A stretch of DNA of 13,924 nt, taken from positions 1 to 13,924 of the forward strand of contig JAQTNI010000036.1 in assembly GCA_028713935.1 (NCBI GenBank). The letters are read 5' to 3'. Position 1 is the first letter of the stretch. The number at the start of each line of letters is the position of its first letter. Origin of the DNA: Candidatus Iainarchaeum sp. (GTDB lineage Archaea > Iainarchaeota > Iainarchaeia > Iainarchaeales > GCA-2688035). A model generated the notes under the pieces. The model did not search any database, was not told the origin of the DNA, and saw only the letters and a list, made by a program, of their open reading frames with translations. Shown one piece after another: positions 12,001-13,924 of the stretch. The position numbers were made by a program, and so were the translations under genes.

Positions 12001-13924
12001 AAATTGCCTTGAACTTACGCCGAGTCACAAAATGATGCATCTGGAAAATAGGCAAATAATTGAAAAAGAAATCAAAGAAATTATGGATGCAGGAGAACTC
12101 GTTTGTTCAATCGATTCTATTCCTGTTGTTTCTGATGCAAGCGAAAGCAACATGAAAAAGGCGTATTTAATGGGCGCAATATTCACTGATGGTCACATGC
12201 GCTTGAATAAAAGGCGTGGATTGGTTGGATTTATCCAAAAAGCCACTCCTGAAAAAAAAGAATTTATTGGGGCGGTTGTTAGTTATTTCAAAGATTTGTT
12301 CAATGTTGAATTGAAAGCGAAAGAAAGAACTTATACTTCAACAATAAGGGGGCATACATTCACAAGCACTGCAATGTATTACACTTGCCCGCAAAAAGCA
12401 CCTGCCGCGAATATGCTTGAAAGCTATGAGGCCATTGAAGAATGGGTTTTGAGAACAGATGAAGAAAACCTGTTGATGTTTTTAGCAGGCGTAATTGACG
12501 GCGATGGAAGCTTCAACAAAAACCACGGCTGTAGGCTGCACATTTATTCAAGCGACGAAAAACTTACAAAAGCTATTGTGCTCGGATGCCTGCGCTTGGG
12601 AATTCAGCCGACCTTGCAGAAAAACAGGGAAACTTGCTTGAATATCCAAATTGTGGAAGAATTGGAAAAATTGTTAAAATATACAAAAAGAGTAAAGTTT
12701 AATCCAAGGGAAAAAAAACAGGGGGTAAAATTGTTTTCAGCAAAGCAATTGCTTTTGGACATTGTCAATGAGGTAAATTGGGGCGGAATAATAAAGCCTT
12801 ATGTTGAGAAGAATTTGCTTATTGATTCCAAAAAGGTTTTGGAAAGAATTGTGCCAATGGCAAAAAAAGAGGTTCAGGCAGAATTGGAAAAAATTTGTAA
12901 CAGCCCAGTTAGAATGAAGCGCGCAGTGCACTTGGAAGATTGTGAAGAAACTGATGTTTTCAATATTGAAGTTGATGAGTACCACAATTATGTTGTTTTC
13001 ACAGAGCAATTCACTCCTTTGTGGGTTGCAAATTGCCATGCGGCAATCATATCCAGGGAACTGGGAATTCCGTGTGTTGTGGGAACAGGAAAGGCAACTG
13101 AAATTCTTGAGGATAATGAAACAGTCACTGTCAATGGCTTTGACGGAGTTGTGTACCAAGGAAAAGTTGAAATTGCTGCTCCGGAAAGTGCAGAAGATCA
13201 TGCCCCTGTTTTTGAAAAAAAAGAAGTTGATGCAATTGAAAAAATAATGGCAAAAGAAATCAAGAAGGCAGACAATGAAAAGAAAAAAGGAAAGCCGGAA
13301 GAAAAGCCATTTGAAAAGGAAAAGAAAATTTCGGAACTTGAAGATGAAGAAGAAAAAGGTGTTGCGGAAGAATTAAGGGAAGAAGTTGTTGAGCATGCAA
13401 GAAACGAGGTAGAAGAAATTCTTGAAGAGTATGGCGATAAAAAAGCCGAAAAAATGCCTGAAAAAGAGCTTGGCGAAGAAGAGGAAAAAATTGCGGGTGT
13501 TTTGAGAAAAACAGCTGTAAAGGTAAAAGTGAATGTTGCATTGCCTGATGCAGCGGAGTCTGCTGCAAAAACAAGTGCGGACGGAGTCGGATTGTTAAGG
13601 GCAGAGCATATGATTACTGCAGAGGGAAAGCATCCTGCGGAGTATATCCGCGAAGGCAAGCAGGAAGAACTGGTTGCTGTTGTAAAAGAGGGAATAAAAA
13701 AAGTTGCTGTTTTGTTCAAAGGCAAGCCTGTCTGGTACAGGACTTTTGATGCAAGGACAGACGAATTCAGGCATTTGGAAGGCGGAGAAAAAGAGCCTGA
13801 AGAGGACAATCCAATGATTGGATGGCACGGCATAAGAAGAGACCTGGATGAGCCTGAGCTTTTGAAGGCACAGTTTTTTGCAATTAAGCAATTGCTGGAA
13901 GAGGGAATTGACAATATTGGAATA
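9008..13924 (+). CDS. ppsA: Phosphoenolpyruvate synthase (pyruvate, water dikinase), 3'-partial, interrupted by two inteins
   Basis: I hand-translated frame 2 from ATG 9008 and found 1639 sense codons with no stop. Extein motifs: VLWFNEIS..IGIVGGKGLNLG, VAVRSSATAEDLP/SASFAGQQETYLNV, MFTADP, PQDIEFA, TSPDW, IVTDAGGKT/CHAAIISRELGIPCVVG, DGVGLLRAEHMI, NPMIGWHGIRR. Confidence 0.9.
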   Translation, partial: MPYRTVLWFNEISAGNIGIVGGKGLNLGLMTNAGFPIPPGFVVTAQAYFDFLEQSGIKRKIVQEIDAIDSENTRQLETVSEKIRSLIRTAKMPPEIANEIKKNYLKLSERRIGFISSSEESFVAVRSSATAEDLPSISENEHVLVKINGKPSYQKIGALYEKVSDGSGYEIEVPGMKENKIAWLKVKSLFRHKADKNILFKIKTNTGREIIVSPNHSLIKLNEEELIPETVGISEIKKGSKLPVTAFVPEINCTEKISVLDFVKGKEVTESNSRIMIKNNSSNWKIQNSLPKEIAITEEFAYFLGQYVAEGSTYKNNSVSITNTNHKILAKIENTLRKLGVYKEAKINKHSVRAYCPSLVRFMHETCGRPLENKKGKGKLCYTKGVPDFVFGLSKKNIGAFLRGCFDGDGTIGKSEVSYSTVSEMLAGGIIKLLEILGINVYIRSKNCFVISIPLGETEKFSELVGFEDENKGAKLKKALQDYGARKKHPEFKYGLNISEKLAEKIMAKAQSNLPKELVEEQFCKNCGKKTEQTSYYKGKKRFFCQNCKKTFYEENIDCKQTEKYVYYDNEGHFAKGIVPWNYAHMQGKQSLNELKRKSRQYGLDNFFKILEGNVKWDEVKEILPVKYDGWVYDFVVPEEENFAAGLGGIITHNSASFAGQQETYLNVQGKDKVVEAVQKCWASLFTARAVYYRRKQNFSTEKVGIAVVVQKMIESTASGIMFTADPTGDETKIIIEAGFGLGEAIVSGSITPDNYVIDKNSMSIVEKRINFQEWKLVKRGKENFKQMLTETEGRKQKLEDSAILQYARIGMHIENYYKKPQDIEFAMEGKELFIVQSRAITTLGLKEKEGVEKDRKEKLKAVNAKILVSGLGASPGIVSGRVRIVPNVEDVEKVEKGDILVTKMTSPDWVPTMKKSIAIVTDAGGKTCFAGNTKVLTNKGIIQFEELFNRAEEGESFFALSLNKRTLKPEWKKINACLKRKAKTIKIAVSQTGKANENCLELTPSHKMMHLENRQIIEKEIKEIMDAGELVCSIDSIPVVSDASESNMKKAYLMGAIFTDGHMRLNKRRGLVGFIQKATPEKKEFIGAVVSYFKDLFNVELKAKERTYTSTIRGHTFTSTAMYYTCPQKAPAANMLESYEAIEEWVLRTDEENLLMFLAGVIDGDGSFNKNHGCRLHIYSSDEKLTKAIVLGCLRLGIQPTLQKNRETCLNIQIVEELEKLLKYTKRVKFNPREKKQGVKLFSAKQLLLDIVNEVNWGGIIKPYVEKNLLIDSKKVLERIVPMAKKEVQAELEKICNSPVRMKRAVHLEDCEETDVFNIEVDEYHNYVVFTEQFTPLWVANCHAAIISRELGIPCVVGTGKATEILEDNETVTVNGFDGVVYQGKVEIAAPESAEDHAPVFEKKEVDAIEKIMAKEIKKADNEKKKGKPEEKPFEKEKKISELEDEEEKGVAEELREEVVEHARNEVEEILEEYGDKKAEKMPEKELGEEEEKIAGVLRKTAVKVKVNVALPDAAESAAKTSADGVGLLRAEHMITAEGKHPAEYIREGKQEELVAVVKEGIKKVAVLFKGKPVWYRTFDARTDEFRHLEGGEKEPEEDNPMIGWHGIRRDLDEPELLKAQFFAIKQLLEEGIDNIGI
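9413..10969 (+). mobile_element. Intein 1 (519 aa) with LAGLIDADG homing-endonuclease domain and extra CxxC-x17-CxxC module
   Basis: It starts at Ser (SISENEHVLV, block A). Block B is GREIIVSPNHSL. LAGLIDADG motifs are FLGQYVAEGS and FLRGCFDGDGT. Blocks F/G are GWVYDFVVPEEENFAAGLGGIITHN, followed by +1 Ser. Removing it restores AEDLP-SASFAGQQ. Confidence 0.85.
11792..13033 (+). mobile_element. Intein 2 (414 aa) with LAGLIDADG homing-endonuclease domain, inserted before the catalytic Cys-His
   Basis: It starts CFAGNTKVLT (block A). Block B is LELTPSHKMM. LAGLIDADG motifs are YLMGAIFTDGH and FLAGVIDGDGS. Block F is DVFNIEVDEYHNYVV. It ends LWVAN, followed by +1 Cys of CHAAIISRE. Confidence 0.85.

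Noticed and set aside
9013-13914. Twelve minus-strand ORFs (e.g. 9013..9309, 9511..9897, 11458..11901, 12737..13201, 13198..13914) and two plus-strand off-frame ORFs (10560..10784, 12942..13247) listed by the track
   Set aside because: All lie inside the continuous 1639-codon ppsA/intein frame. Their products are low-complexity Ser/Phe/Ile-rich strings with no motifs. They are shadows of a Lys/Glu-rich, A-rich sense strand.

Overview
This is an AT-rich archaeal chromosome fragment. The archaeal markers are an Sm-like protein, aIF5A with the hypusine loop, ribosomal protein L10e/uL16, and tRNA genes without encoded CCA that carry TATA-like boxes about 27 nt upstream. A small-genome DPANN-type lineage is my guess only.

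Gene order, left to right:
- the 3' part of a PD40/TolB-like propeller gene
- tRNA-Ser(CGA) and tRNA-Ala(GGC) on the minus strand
- a tightly packed minus-strand operon: NYN-like, PATAN(DUF2226/DUF4388)-like, Roadblock/LC7-like, MinD, Sm
- aIF5A
- a 92-aa stand-alone half-TBP-like protein
- a Gly/Ala-rich polytopic membrane protein
- a ~420-bp non-coding region holding a degenerate ~49-bp tandem array
- a 442-aa poly-Glu plus coiled-coil protein
- a CpG-rich orphan gene
- L10e with a Lys/Glu/Ala tail
- a 39-codon basic ORF that the track does not list
- from 9008 to the window edge, a 1639-codon open frame that the supplied ORF track omits because it has no stop inside the window. It is phosphoenolpyruvate synthase (ppsA) interrupted by two LAGLIDADG inteins of 519 and 414 aa.

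Most worth a second look:
1. Intein 1 sits in the ATP-grasp AEDLP/SFAGQQ motif and carries an extra CxxC-x17-CxxC module.
2. The MinD + Roadblock-like + PATAN-like + NYN operon looks like an ATPase-based analogue of MglA/MglB polarity modules.
3. A four-copy composite palindromic repeat family occurs in the window. One inverted pair brackets 5285-7627, and one copy is wedged between tRNA-Ala and a decayed duplicate of its 3' end.
4. The iteron-like array at 5318-5513.
5. The half-TBP protein.

All family assignments come from motif recognition by eye. No searches were run.
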